Of a stretch of 64,000 bases of DNA, positions 37,994-49,740 are shown piece by piece (the first letter of the stretch is position 1; each line of letters starts with the position of its first letter). The translations under genes and the position numbers were made by a program. The stretch is from Heptranchias perlo (Eukaryota): the NCBI RefSeq assembly GCF_035084215.1, contig NC_090361.1, forward strand, positions 3,906,001 to 3,970,000. The letters run 5' to 3'. Below the pieces are notes generated by a model. That model did no database searches and had not been told where the DNA came from. It saw nothing but the letters and a program-made list of their open reading frames with translations.

Positions 37994-39064
37994 CTGGAAT
38001 ACAAACACATGCATAAAACGATCAGGTTCAGCTCCACCAGCGCCAGTCAGCACTTCTACAAGATGCAGGTATGTTAAGTTTAACGCTTTGTCGTCGCTAT
38101 ACTTTATAAATAACTTTTAAGCTGCCGTGACATTCTGCGATAGGACAGGTCCGAGAGAGATTAAAAAATACTGCGTATACAGAAATAGTGTGTGTCTGGA
38201 AACACAAGAAAAGTTGTCATCTTTTATAAAAATGCATGTATGAAGATCAAACTTCAAAGATTTGTGCCAGCATTCATAGAATACAGCTCAAGAGGCCATT
38301 CAGCCCATTATGTCTGTGCCAGCTCTTTGAAAGAGCTATCCAATTAGTCCCACTCCCCTGCTCTTTCCCTATACTTCTGCATATTTTTCCCTTTCAAGCA
38401 TATATCCAGTTCTCTTTTGAAAAGTTACTGTTAAATCACACAAAGGAGAGTGAAAATCTGGAACTCTCTCCCCAAGAAGCTGTTGAGGCTGGGGGTCAAT
38501 TGAAAATTTCAAAACCGAGTTTGATAGATTTTTGTTAGGCAAGGATATGAAAGGTTATGGAATCAAGGCAGGTAAATGGAGTTAAGATACAGATCAGCCA
38601 TGATCTAAATGAATGGCAGAACAGGCTCGAGGGGCTGAATGGGCTACTCCTGCTCCTATCTGCTTCCACTACCCTTTCAGCATTCAGAAGATCCTAGGCT
38701 GAACTAACAATCCCTACACGTTGACAGTTTTCGATGTATATATTTTAGTATACTGAGTGGTCTTATTTCTCATAAGACAAGGCCTGAAAATGTCTATGTG
38801 CTTTCTATAAAGCTCTCTCTCCTCCTAAGTCCTTTCAATGGAAGAGGAGAGAGCCCTACAGACAGCAGCACACACAGATATTAAGTTGGACGATTAGGCC
38901 TGGACTTTCCTTCTGGGTGGAGCTGGACGGTCAGGACTGAACTTTCACCCCCTTGACCCCAATCCACTTTCTGGGTCAAGGCTTGTTAAATGTGCGGGGC
39001 AGGCTCCCAATGGGATCGCGGCACAGAGAAGCAGCTCACCATTAGAAATATTTGCCGGTGCACT

Positions 39065-39422
39065 CCAGGCCGACACTTCTAGTGCAGTACTGAGGGAGTG
39101 CTGCACTGTCAGAGTGCCGTCTTTCGGATCAGACATTAAGACGAAGCCCCATCTGCCCTCTCAGTTGGACATGATAAAGCCCATGGCACTATTTGAAAGG
39201 AGTTTTCCCATGGCCAATATTTATCCATCAACCAACATTCACTAAAACCTGATTAACTGGTTATTTATCTCATTGCTGTTTGCTATGCATGAATTGGCTA
39301 CATAATAAAGCATTTGCCTGGATAACAGTGACTGTACCTTAAAAAAAAATAATTCATTGTCTGGGAAGCACTTGGTGCCGTCCCAACAATGTGAAAGGCT
39401 CTGGAAATACAGGTTCTTTCTT
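39065..39422 (+). mobile_element. DeuSINE copy (degenerate)
   Basis: Deu core; ends just beside the exon 2 donor. Confidence 0.7.
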
Positions 39423-39436
39423 TTTAACTGACTCAC

Positions 39437-39831
39437 CGTCACTCATCTCAGCTCCAAAGATAATAGCTTTGGCTCCTGACACAGACAGGCAGTGAGTGAG
39501 TGAGTCCAGACGAAGATTGAAGTTAAGCAGGGCAGCCTCCACACCGATCTTTGCCATCCCGAGCCACAGGCCAACGAACTCTGGCCTGCTCTCCATAAAC
39601 AATGCAATGACCTCGCCCGGCTGATAGCCCTGCTCATGCAGGAGGTTGCCCACTGCATTGGAGTACTCGTCGAGTTGCCGGAAGGTCCACCTTTCGTCGA
39701 CTCCTTCGTAAATGAAGGCAACTTTATCTGGGTGTCTCCTCACCGTCTCTTGAAAGATCTTCGGGATAGTGCTGTCTTCCCGCTGATGTTTTCTCACAGC
39801 TAACTTAACCCGCAGCAGCAATAACAGGCCG
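39437..39831 (-). CDS. SLC27A1: FATP1 coding exon 2
   Basis: GLLLLLRVK...TIPKIF...[15 protein letters not shown]...[26 protein letters not shown]...IIFGAEMSD; 395 nt. Confidence 0.97.
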
Positions 39832-40334
39832 CTGCCAAGGAAAGAAAAATCGCAAGACATTAATTTAGTTCTGATTTCATTCTCCTCAGAACTCGTGAAA
39901 TCACAGCGCGATACAAAGAAACGAGAGAGGTGCTCAAATCAGAAACATGATCTGCAGTTTTAACATGATGAGAATTCCCTGAAAGATAACCCTGGTTTTT
40001 GATGCAAATCTGTCACTGACACGTTATAAAGGGACACTTTAGGCATAAATCTCACTGGGACGCTCTTCTTTTTCCCTGCGTCCTCATTCTGCTGAGATCA
40101 AAATCATATCATTGCCCCATGCCAATTAATTCTTTCTTAATCTCTCAAAACGGTGGAATTCCTTACCTCCTTTAGTCTTCCCTTCTTTCTGCAATTTGAG
40201 AGTTTTAAAGCCCAAGTGTGGTGTGTCACCTAATCAGTGAGTAGGTATACTGAGCCATACAAACCAGGAAGATCCTAGGTCCTACTCCCAGTCTGAGACC
40301 ATTACTTAAGAATTGGGGTATGCCATTCAGCTCC

Positions 40335-40705
40335 TCGAGCCTGCTCTGCCATTAAGTTAGATCATGGCTGATCTGCACCTCAACTCCATATCCCTTGATA
40401 CCCTTACCCAACAAAAATCTATCCATCACAGTTCCAATTGTTCCAGCATCCACAGCCTTTGGTGGTGGGGAGGGGGTGGGAGGTGAATAGAGATTTCTAC
40501 TATTTGTAGCTTGTGTGGAAAAGGGCTTCCTGATTTCACTCCTCAATGGCCTGGCTTTAATTTTAAGATTATATCCCCTTGTCCTTGATTGCCCCACCAG
40601 AGGAAGTCGTTCCTTTGTATCTACCCTGTCAAATCCATTTAACATTTTAAAGCCCTCGATCAGATCACCCCCCTGATCTTCTATACACGAGGGAATACAA
40701 GCCAA
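40335..40705 (-). mobile_element. CR1 LINE 3' fragment
   Basis: GDLIEGFKMLNGFDRVD...SRTRG..LKIKARP remnant. Confidence 0.75.
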
Positions 40706-41319
40706 GTTCTTCTTGGTGTATTCCATCCTTCCTACTCTTTGAACCTCGGTCCTGCACTGAAGCCTCGGCCCTTGTTAATGAAAAAAGGTTTCTTCCGTGC
40801 TTCCTGCAAGGCAAAGATAAGGCTAGAACTCACCACAAGCTGCTCTAACAATTTGAAACAATGTTATGAGTGAAGTTGATTTGAGTGCTGCTGGCACAAG
40901 ATTGACTGGTGATTCGCCAGGGCTATATGCGTAGGGCTGCTCTCAAACCCACTGCTTGGCTCCCGACAATAAGGCTCTCATTTCAAAAGCCTTTTTTGGA
41001 GGATGCACAGCCGAGTGAACTTCTGCTGACATGAACTCACGTAACCTTTAGTTGGAACCCGTACGCTTATTACAAAAGGTCAGTAAGAATATTAATTTTT
41101 AAAAGTTGTTTTCTACTCATGAGCTTTGTTTGGAAAGCTGCCATTGACCAGACTAGACTTTTAATTACGTTTTCACTTTGTTTTTCTACAAGGTCCTTCC
41201 AATGCCTGGCTGCTGAACTTACTGTGAACAAACCCTTCCAAAGACCGACCTATCTAACCTCCGTCTAGCATAGATTTAAATGCAAGTTGTTATGTTGTCC
41301 CAGTTAGAAGAAATGCTTC

Positions 41320-41812
41320 AGCAACAACTTGCATTTAGAATAGCACCTTTAGCATAGGAAAACATCCCAAGGCAATTCATAGGAGCATTATCAGACAAAA
41401 ATTGACATGAGCCAAAGGAGATATTAGGACGGGTGATTGAAAGCTCAGTCAAAGAAGTATGCTTTAAGGAGGGTCTCAAAGGAGGAGACATGGAGAGGCG
41501 GAGTCGTTTAGGGAGGGAATTCCAGAGCTTAGGGACTAGATGGCTGAAGGCACTGCTGCCAATGGAGGGGCCAAAGGGTGTTGGGGATGTGCAAAAGGCC
41601 AAAGCTGGAACTACAACTTACATTTATAAAGCACCTTTAACATAGTAAAATGTCCCAAGGAGGGTTGTAGGACTGGAATAGGGAGGGGCGGGTCCATGGA
41701 GGGATTTGAACACAAGGATGAGAAAGTTAAATTTGAGGCATTAGTGGACCAGGAGCTAATGTAATGCGAGCCCGGGGTGATGGGTGAGCGGGACTTGGTG
41801 CAGGTTAGGACT
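41320..41812 (-). mobile_element. L2 3' fragments
   Basis: AFSHLVPKLWNSLP and L2 tail; compound structure. Confidence 0.7.
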
Positions 41813-42159
41813 AACTACAATGGTAAAAGGACCTTTCAAAAAGTTTTAAGTTGGGTGGATGATAAAACCACGGTGTAGAAAAGTGCAGAGGGACGACTTT
41901 AACCCGAGACATTATATTAAGTGGTTCGGATTGTGAGACAGCAACACCTGTGCAGCGGCCCCCACGTTTACATTATTAAAACCAGCTGCCTTACCCCGAA
42001 GCAGAGTACTTAAGTTTTACAATTTTCTTTCCTTGTAGGTTGGAGGTAAAAATTGATGCAAATCATGGCTTTCTACTCCTGATTTTGGGGAGCATTTTTG
42101 AAGTGAATAATGGAGCCTTGGTGCTCTAATCAGTAGAGACATTGCCCAGCTCAGGATGA

Positions 42160-42503
42160 CACTTCGATGCAGTACTGAGGCAGTGCTACATTGTCAAAGG
42201 CTACCTCGTCCAGACAAGACCTTAACCAAGGCTCCGTCTCCCTGTTCAGGTGGACATGAAAGATCCAAGGGTACCATCCGAAGATGATCAGTGAGTTTTC
42301 TGTGTCCTGGCCACCATTCCTCTTTCAACCAGCATCACCAAATCCAGATTAATTGGTCACTCATTTCACTTGTTGTTTGTGGGACCTTGTTGTGCAACAA
42401 TTGGTTACCGTGTTACACGTCAACAGCAGCTGATTGGATATGAAGCATTCTGAGACATCCTGAGGATGTGACAAGGTGCTATATAAATGCAAGCTCTTTC
42501 TTT
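42160..42503 (+). mobile_element. DeuSINE copy (diverged)
   Basis: Deu core and GCTATATAAATGCAAG tail. Confidence 0.65.
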
Positions 42504-44373
42504 ACTCTCAATTACGAAGGAAACAGTCAAGAAACTGATGCTTCAGAGGAACCGTTCATAGGGCCATTAGAGTTTGACTTGAGTCATTAGGTAGCTTTCT
42601 GCAGCTGCATTAGGCAGTCGCAGGTGGAACTTTTTCCAGCGCGAAAACATGCAGACTCTGAGGTCATTCCTACAGAACGAGACCGCAGGCAACTTTGTAA
42701 ACTGTCGAGGAGAAAGCAAATAAAGAATTCTAAAATGTAAATGTCAGCACAATGTGGGCTTTGGGCTGAACTGACAAGAGTCTGACCCAGAAGCAGCGTA
42801 ATGTGCCCACGTTATCAGATAAACATATGCACATCAATACAGTACACAAGAGGCACAGAGGAGGAGGGAAGTGGAGCCAACCTACATTTGATTTGGACAC
42901 GTTTAAAAGCAGTAACGTCAGCAGAATTCGGGCAGTTTAGCTTTTGCTGAGTTTGACACCAAGCCAAGAAAGATATTAGGAGGGGTGACTAAAAGCTTTG
43001 TCAAAGAGATAGGTTTTAAGGAGCGTCTTAAAAGGAGGAGAGAGAGGCGGAGAGGTTTAGGGAGGGAATTCCAGAGCTTAGGGCCTAGACGGCTGAAGGC
43101 ACGGTTGCCATGGGTGGAGCGAAGGGTGTGGGGGATGTGAGGCCAGAGTTGGAGGAGTACAGCGCTCTCGGAGGGTTATAAGACTTGATGGTGGCGAAAC
43201 ATCGCATAATTAACTGCAATATATCATAAACCTGTCAAGCATTCTAATCCAAGAGAAAATGTAATCATTCGATCAACATGAACTTCAATAAAGTAGTGAA
43301 GAACGTGCACTCCTGATAAGAGGAATTAGTCTTCAATTGGTGTCGCTGTTGTTTTTTTTGAAGAGATAACCGCCCTGTACCAAATATTTGGTATTTTTGA
43401 TCAGAACTGAGTTAACAACAATGAACAAAATGTTCCTTTTAAAGAAATGCTACAGGATCAATAGGGAAGGATTCGACCCACAGCAAGGGGCCCATTAAAA
43501 TGACAGCTCTGCACAGTGGCGGAGGGTCTATAAGCCACGGTGAGTTGCAGGACAGGAGATAGGCCAAAGAAATAATCAAAAGTTGAATCAAACTCTTGGG
43601 ATCAGATAGCTGGCCAGTGTTTAAGTTTAAGTTAAGCACATGCACGGGACCAGTAACCCCATCTTGAGTTTTTTTTAAAAAATAAGTTAACCCTTATCCA
43701 CTCCAAACTGGTTAAAAAGTAACTATCAAATTTAGATAACTCCCCAATGGAATTAAGTAAAGGATTTCTACAGCATAGGAGTTAGAAGCTGAAATTTGCT
43801 TTCCAAATATTTAGTATTGAACACCGTATCAGGGTTGGAACATGGTCTTTTCGCTGGGTTTGAATCCAGCCAAAAACCGATACAATGAAAATCTCTTCTC
43901 TCCAATAGCTGATTTCATTTAGCCCCCTTAGTTTGGACAATCTGAAAGCTAATCCTGGCAGTCACAAACCCAAGGTGGAAAAAGTTCCTTATAATTTGAC
44001 ACTGATCTAGGAATCATAAATCAGATAGACCATGAAAACAGCTGATGAGGAAAACATAAAATGTCACACCACCATTAGGAAAAGGAAAAGAAAAAATCTG
44101 CAGGGCTATGGGGAAAGAGCTGGGGGGGGTGGGGGTAGCTCTCTCAGATGCTGTATGATTCGATGATTATATTAGAGGAACTGGGAGAGGGGGGACCACT
44201 AACTAGGGAACAAAGTAAACGTGACAGAACAAATAAAAACCAGTTCTGGGAATGGACACCCAACTAAAGTGTTTTGTCAAGAAAAATAGGAGGATATTCA
44301 GTACTTCCAGACACTAACACAGAAAGGTACACACAACACACACCCCTCAATAAAATCACACAGTGCAACTTAC

Positions 44374-44540
44374 AAGATATCTCTAGGGGCAGTTTTTAAG
44401 ACTATTCGAATAAACCTCCATCCCCCACTTCCTAGATAAACGCCAAAGCTCGCAGCAATACTCCAGGTCCAGGAAATCCCAAAGAGTTGCATCAATCCCA
44501 GAGATCCCAGGGATGCACTGCAACTGGCCACACTGTGCAT
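44374..44540 (-). CDS. SLC27A1: FATP1 coding exon 1 (exon begins at acceptor 44556)
   Basis: MHSVASCSASLGSLGLMQLFGISWTWSIAASFGVYLGSGGWRFIRIVLKTAPRDI(F); 167 nt, phase-2 GTAAGT donor matching exon 2. The WTWS...GVY.GSGGWRF.RIV pattern favours FATP1 over FATP4. Confidence 0.95.
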
Positions 44541-47500
44541 CTTGTATAGAGACTGTCTGTTAAAAAAAAAAGTTTGACATAAATAACAGTGGTACTGTAC
44601 AACAGAGACAGCAGTTACATTTCCATGAAAAGCCTTGATTACGCTTTGATACTGTTAAATGTTAGAGTTACTGTTAGAGTTAACCGCCACTCGGTTATCA
44701 GAGTAGTTACTAGTTAACCAGGTTAACGTTAGGGTTACCAGCTCGATGATCATTGGAAATAATTGACACTCAACAAGTCTGGAAATAGGACAACAGGCCA
44801 GAGTGTCCATCTTGTATAAAGTACCCGAGACAAACAGGTTCAGAAATCAACAGCGTACACTCCTGAGAGAAGCCGTTTCGAAGAAGAGCAGGTGAATTCT
44901 CCCCGGAGTGCTGGCCAATATTTATCCCTCAACCAACATCACTAAAACAGATTATCTGGTGATTGTGTCACATTACTGTCTGTGGGACCTTGTTGTGCGA
45001 AAATTGGATGCCGCGTTTCCTTTGGCTGTAAAGCGCTTTGGGATGTCCCGCGATCGTGAAAGGCGCTATATAAATGCAAGACTTTCTTTCTTTCTCTCCC
45101 ACTCTGCACCAACTAAAGAAGTGGATCATGGCAACTGAGCACATTAGTGTTTAACATCACTAAGCACTCTGTTTGGAGAAGGTCATCCTGGCTGATTAGG
45201 GATCGCATTCCTGCTGGTGAACAACAAAGTTCTGAACATTACGTATCTTATAGAAAACCTCAGCAACTCCAGAATCAGAAAGCAACCCATGTTTCCGCTT
45301 TCACTACATCAATTTACATTATTTAGAAAGAATCTTGAACAGCAGATCATATAACCCGATAAAACGGTGAGTGTGGGCTTACACCACTGACCAGTTACAA
45401 CAGGGAGTTCAGGAACAGAAAGGGGGAGCACTGCACCTTACTTAGCTCTTATATTTGGAGATGGGGGGGGCGGGTGGGAGAAGGAGATACTTGTATATAT
45501 CCAAAACCGTTCTCCAGTTAACAAGTCCGTCAAAGATGCTGGTGAGGGATGTGAGAAGAGAAGAAACAGCCCTACAACAAAGCACAGAGAAACCCGTTGG
45601 GTTTATTTAACTCATCGATATCAACAGGCATAGAGGCAAATTACCCATTTAACCAATACGCTGCAAATTGTGGTGACGTACGGTTAGAATGTTAGAGCTT
45701 CAAAAATTATCCTTTTTTTTTTAAGTTCGCCAAGAAATTTTTAGTTCTCTGATAGTTGGAAGTTTCATCCGTATCAAAGTATTCCTACTAATACTATCAA
45801 CACCAGTGGCAATACTTCACCCTAGTGTTACACAGCTCAAAACGCTTTACTGCTGCCCGAGTGACAATACTGATGTCATTAAAGGGGCTCTTATAACTTC
45901 TCTGGTTACCGAACCTCCTACCAGGGAGAAACTGTTTCTCCCTATCTATCTACTCTATCAAAACCCTTCATAATTTTGAACACCTATGACTATGATACTA
46001 TAAATTTACAAGGCTATGGAGAAAGAGCAGGCTAGTGGGACTAATTGGATAGCTCTTTCAAAGTGCCGGCATAGGCACAATGGGCCAAATGGCCTCCTTC
46101 TGTGCTGTAATTGACTATGACTATGATACCTCTATCAAATCTCAGCATTAACCTTCTCTTCTCTAAGGAGAACAATCCCAGCTTCTCGAGTCTCGCCACA
46201 ACTGAAACCCCTTATCCCAGGTACCATTAAGCAGCTTAATTGTGTTAGACTCCCAATGTCACAATTTGTTTTCCATTTTTACCATATGTTGAGAAGCAGG
46301 CAAATGTTCAGCCTTCTGGTCAGTTTCCACCCACTCAGTTTGGATCTTTTTGGCACCATTCAGTCTCCTGATCTAACGAGCACCAATCAAAAAAACCCCC
46401 GACAGACCTGATGGATGAAGCTGTACAGCGCACCATTCTGCATCAAGCAACACACACGCACAAAAATAAATCACTCGAGGAATAAAATGCCCCATTGTTT
46501 CAGCTCTTGGGGCTGTCTTCTTTTGAAATGTAACAGTTTGCATTTCACGGATTGAAATGAGAGGTGAATCCTGTTTGTCTTAAAGAAGAATTCCAGGAGA
46601 AATCTCTGGATTTGACATTGTGTCATTAAGTGTAATGACAGCAGTTATATTTCTGTCATCACTATATATTTAAATTGAGCATCAACAATGCCAGACAATG
46701 AACAACAATAAACATACATCAAATACAGCTCTTCATTCTGAAATGCATCTTTGAAGTTTTCAAGTGACACACTATTTTAACAAGAGATGAGAAAGCGGAG
46801 GATCTACCAACTCACCAGAAACATCAATTCTGTAACAGCGTGCAAAGAATTCATTCACCCCTATACCATCCAAACTGCGAACTAAATGATTTTTCCGGAA
46901 GCAATTTCTTTTAACGGTCTGTTGGCACTGCCTGGCAAAACTGGGGGCAGTTCAGAGTGAAAACACGAATATCTCACCTCCCTTTTGCACACAGCGACTT
47001 TGCTGTTTTGATCTGTTTCGCTCGACACAAAGACATGTCATTGTGGTTCTGCGAAGCAGCTCGCAGGCAGCGTTCCAGTGGGGCTCTGTTCCAATTTCAA
47101 ACAAGTGTTTAACTCACTGGATGTCTCTCAGCAAAGCACAGACAAACTGCTCTGCTAGGACTCATTCACAGGGATGTACTTGGGCCGAAAACGGAAAGCA
47201 CAAATCGAGTCCAAATGGGTCCTATCACCACACTTTAAAATGATCTGCTTTCAAAGCTGAGCTGTGTAGTATCCCAACAGCCCTCCCCGAGCTGACTGCC
47301 CTCCTTGTGCTAATGGACTGCTCAGTATGCCTATGAAACTGATCTCGGAAACACAGTTCCAGTTGTATGTTAAATAATACGCAGAAGGAATGAGTGACAA
47401 AGCAACGCATCAAAAGGTTCAGACTAACACAAGAGCAAAGCTCAAGGGATTTGTCAATTGAACCAGGGGATGAGATTACGACGAATATAAAATCGCTCCC

Positions 47501-48061
47501 ATGCACTATTCTTTTGTGAATTTTGAGCTGATCAAGGTGAGCAATGTTAGTGCTGGGGAATGGGATGTTTTTAGTTCCAGGAATCTGGCGTAAGCATGAA
47601 GCACTCCCAGTAAAGTACAACACTGTACGATACAGAAACTAGCAACAAATAAGAAATCTCAGCCCCAATCAGAAGAGCACCCCTTATGGCAGCAGTTAGT
47701 CCATGTTCCATACCTGTAAAACTTATTGCCTCTCTAAACAAGATCACCATTTTGTGCTGAATTACAGGCAGTTTTGCGCTGTGAACCATTCCCATGGGTA
47801 ACTACACACGGGGACTGCCCAAACTCATCAGGTGGCACCTTTACACCCAGCACAAAGGACACTTTCATCTCATCAATCCATACTGGACTTGAGCCCACTC
47901 CCCACACTATTGCAACTAGATAGCATGAGGACATCAAATGTTACGGTTTATAAATAGATCCACACACTATTAGGTCAAAGGAAGTTTGAAGGACACTGCA
48001 ATAGTGAAATAATGTGCTTCGTTTTGCCTACTTTAACTTGTGAAATAAGGGAGACCATGGA

Positions 48062-48944
48062 TAAAGGTGAAGATCTTTTTTCAGAACTGGAAAATGTTAA
48101 AGAGTTAAAGTTTTTGAGCAAGTACAGAGCCAGGGAGTAGGGAGGGGAGGGGACGAAAGAGCAAAAGGGAAGTTCTGTGATAGGGTGGAGGGCACGAGTG
48201 ATTAAATGACAAAAGGGATGATGATGTAAGGCAAGGAAGGTGGTAATGGGACAGGTTAAAAAACAAAAGATTGCTCAGGAGTAGCAGCAACAGCAGAACC
48301 TTTACCAGCATTTGCTGACACAAAATACTCACCTGACGAAGGAGAAAGCCTCCGAAAGCTTGTGATTTTCAAATAAAACTGTTGGACTATAACCTGGTGT
48401 TGTAAGATTCCTTACATTTGTCCACCCCAGTCCATCACCGGCATCTCCACATCACAAAAAATGGAAGCAGTGGTTATGATCTGAAGTGGAACAGCATCTC
48501 ATCTTTCGTTTAGGCACTTTACAACCTTCCGAACTCAACACTGATTTCAATAACTTCAGATCATAACCACTGCTCCCATTTTTTTGGTCAGCTAGTGTTG
48601 GTAATGGTTCTGCTGCTACTCCTGAGCAATCTTTTGTTTCTTAACCTGTCCCATTACCACCTTCCTTGCCTTACATCATCATCCCTTTTGTCATTTAATC
48701 ACTCGTGCCCTCTACCCTATCACAGAACGTCCCTTTTGCTCTTTCCTCTCCTCCCTACTCCCTGGCTCTGTACTTGCTCAAAAACTTTAACTCTTAACAT
48801 CTTTCAGTTCTGACGAAAGGTCTTCGACCTGAAACGTTACCTCTGTTTCTTTCTCCACAGATGCTGCCTCACTTGCTGAGCTTCTCCGGCATTTTCTGTT
48901 TTTATTTCAGATTTCCAGCATCCACAGTATTTTGCTTTTGATTT
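48062..48944 (+). mobile_element. 5'-truncated Penelope-like retroelement (family B) with upstream inverted terminal copy
   Basis: 48489-48566 encodes EQHLIFRLGTLQPSELNTDFNNFRS*, resembling the GIY-YIG endonuclease C-terminus of PLEs; ~48080-48487 is an inverted copy of 48553-48813; hammerhead at 48806-48842. Confidence 0.85.
48329..48454 (+). mobile_element. Family A Penelope-like fragment with hammerhead (48329-48365), nested in the family B element
   Basis: UCAC-CUGACGA-A-GGAG-AAAGC-CUCC-GAAA-GC-UU-GUGA; flanked by CACAAAA on both sides. Confidence 0.78.
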
Positions 48945-49354
48945 AGCTATGTTGAGATTGAGTATACCTGGGTTGTGTTCCTTGAAGGTGAGAAGGATAA
49001 AGGGTGATCTGGGTTGTTCAAAATAACAAAGTAACAGACAGGCTAGACAAAAAACAACTGTTCCCTTTAGTGGGGGAATTTAGATCATCTTGTAATTTGA
49101 ACTAAAGTGAAGAAAAGAAAATCCAGAAAAATATATTCACGTAAAGTGTTGTGAAATGCACTGATACACAATTATCTATGTTTTTAAAAAGGAGTGCAAG
49201 GGTATTAAGAGATACAGAGAAAGGGTGGGGAATTAGGGTCATAAGCAAAGAGCAGCTGTGGTTAACTATACCTCGGAGCTGGCTGAATGATTTACTTCTT
49301 TTCCTATGAATGCGATGGCCATAGTACATTCAGGGGCTTCATCCCCTACATAGC

Positions 49355-49740
49355 ATCATAGAAGGTACAGAACAGGAGGTGGCCATTCGGCCCATCATGC
49401 CTATACTGGCACTTTGAAAGAGCTATCCAATTAGGCCCATTCCCCTGCTCTTTCCCCATAGCCCTGTAAATATTTTTCCCATCAAATATTTATCCAATTC
49501 CCTTTTGAAAGTTACTACTGAATCTGTTTCCACCGCCCTTTCAGGCAGCGCATTCCAGATCAGAACAACTCGCTCCGTAAGAAATGTTTTCTCATGTCAC
49601 CTCTGGTTCTTTTACCAATCTCCTTAAATCTGTGTCCTCTGATTACCGACCCTTCTGCCATTGGAAACAGTTTCTCCTTATTTACTCAGTCACAACTGTT
49701 CATGATTTTGAACACCTCTATCAAATCTCCCCGTAACATA
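49355..49740 (-). mobile_element. CR1 LINE 3' fragment
   Basis: Begins CATAGAAGG...GGCCATTCGGCCC (reverse of the CR1 3' UTR) followed by an ORF2 remnant. Confidence 0.75.

Noticed and set aside
39437-39831. Assignment to SLC27A4 (FATP4) because of TVRRHPDK and [10 protein letters not shown]
   Set aside because: The exon 1 sequence, [15 protein letters not shown], the 646-aa length and adjacency to PGLS favour SLC27A1.
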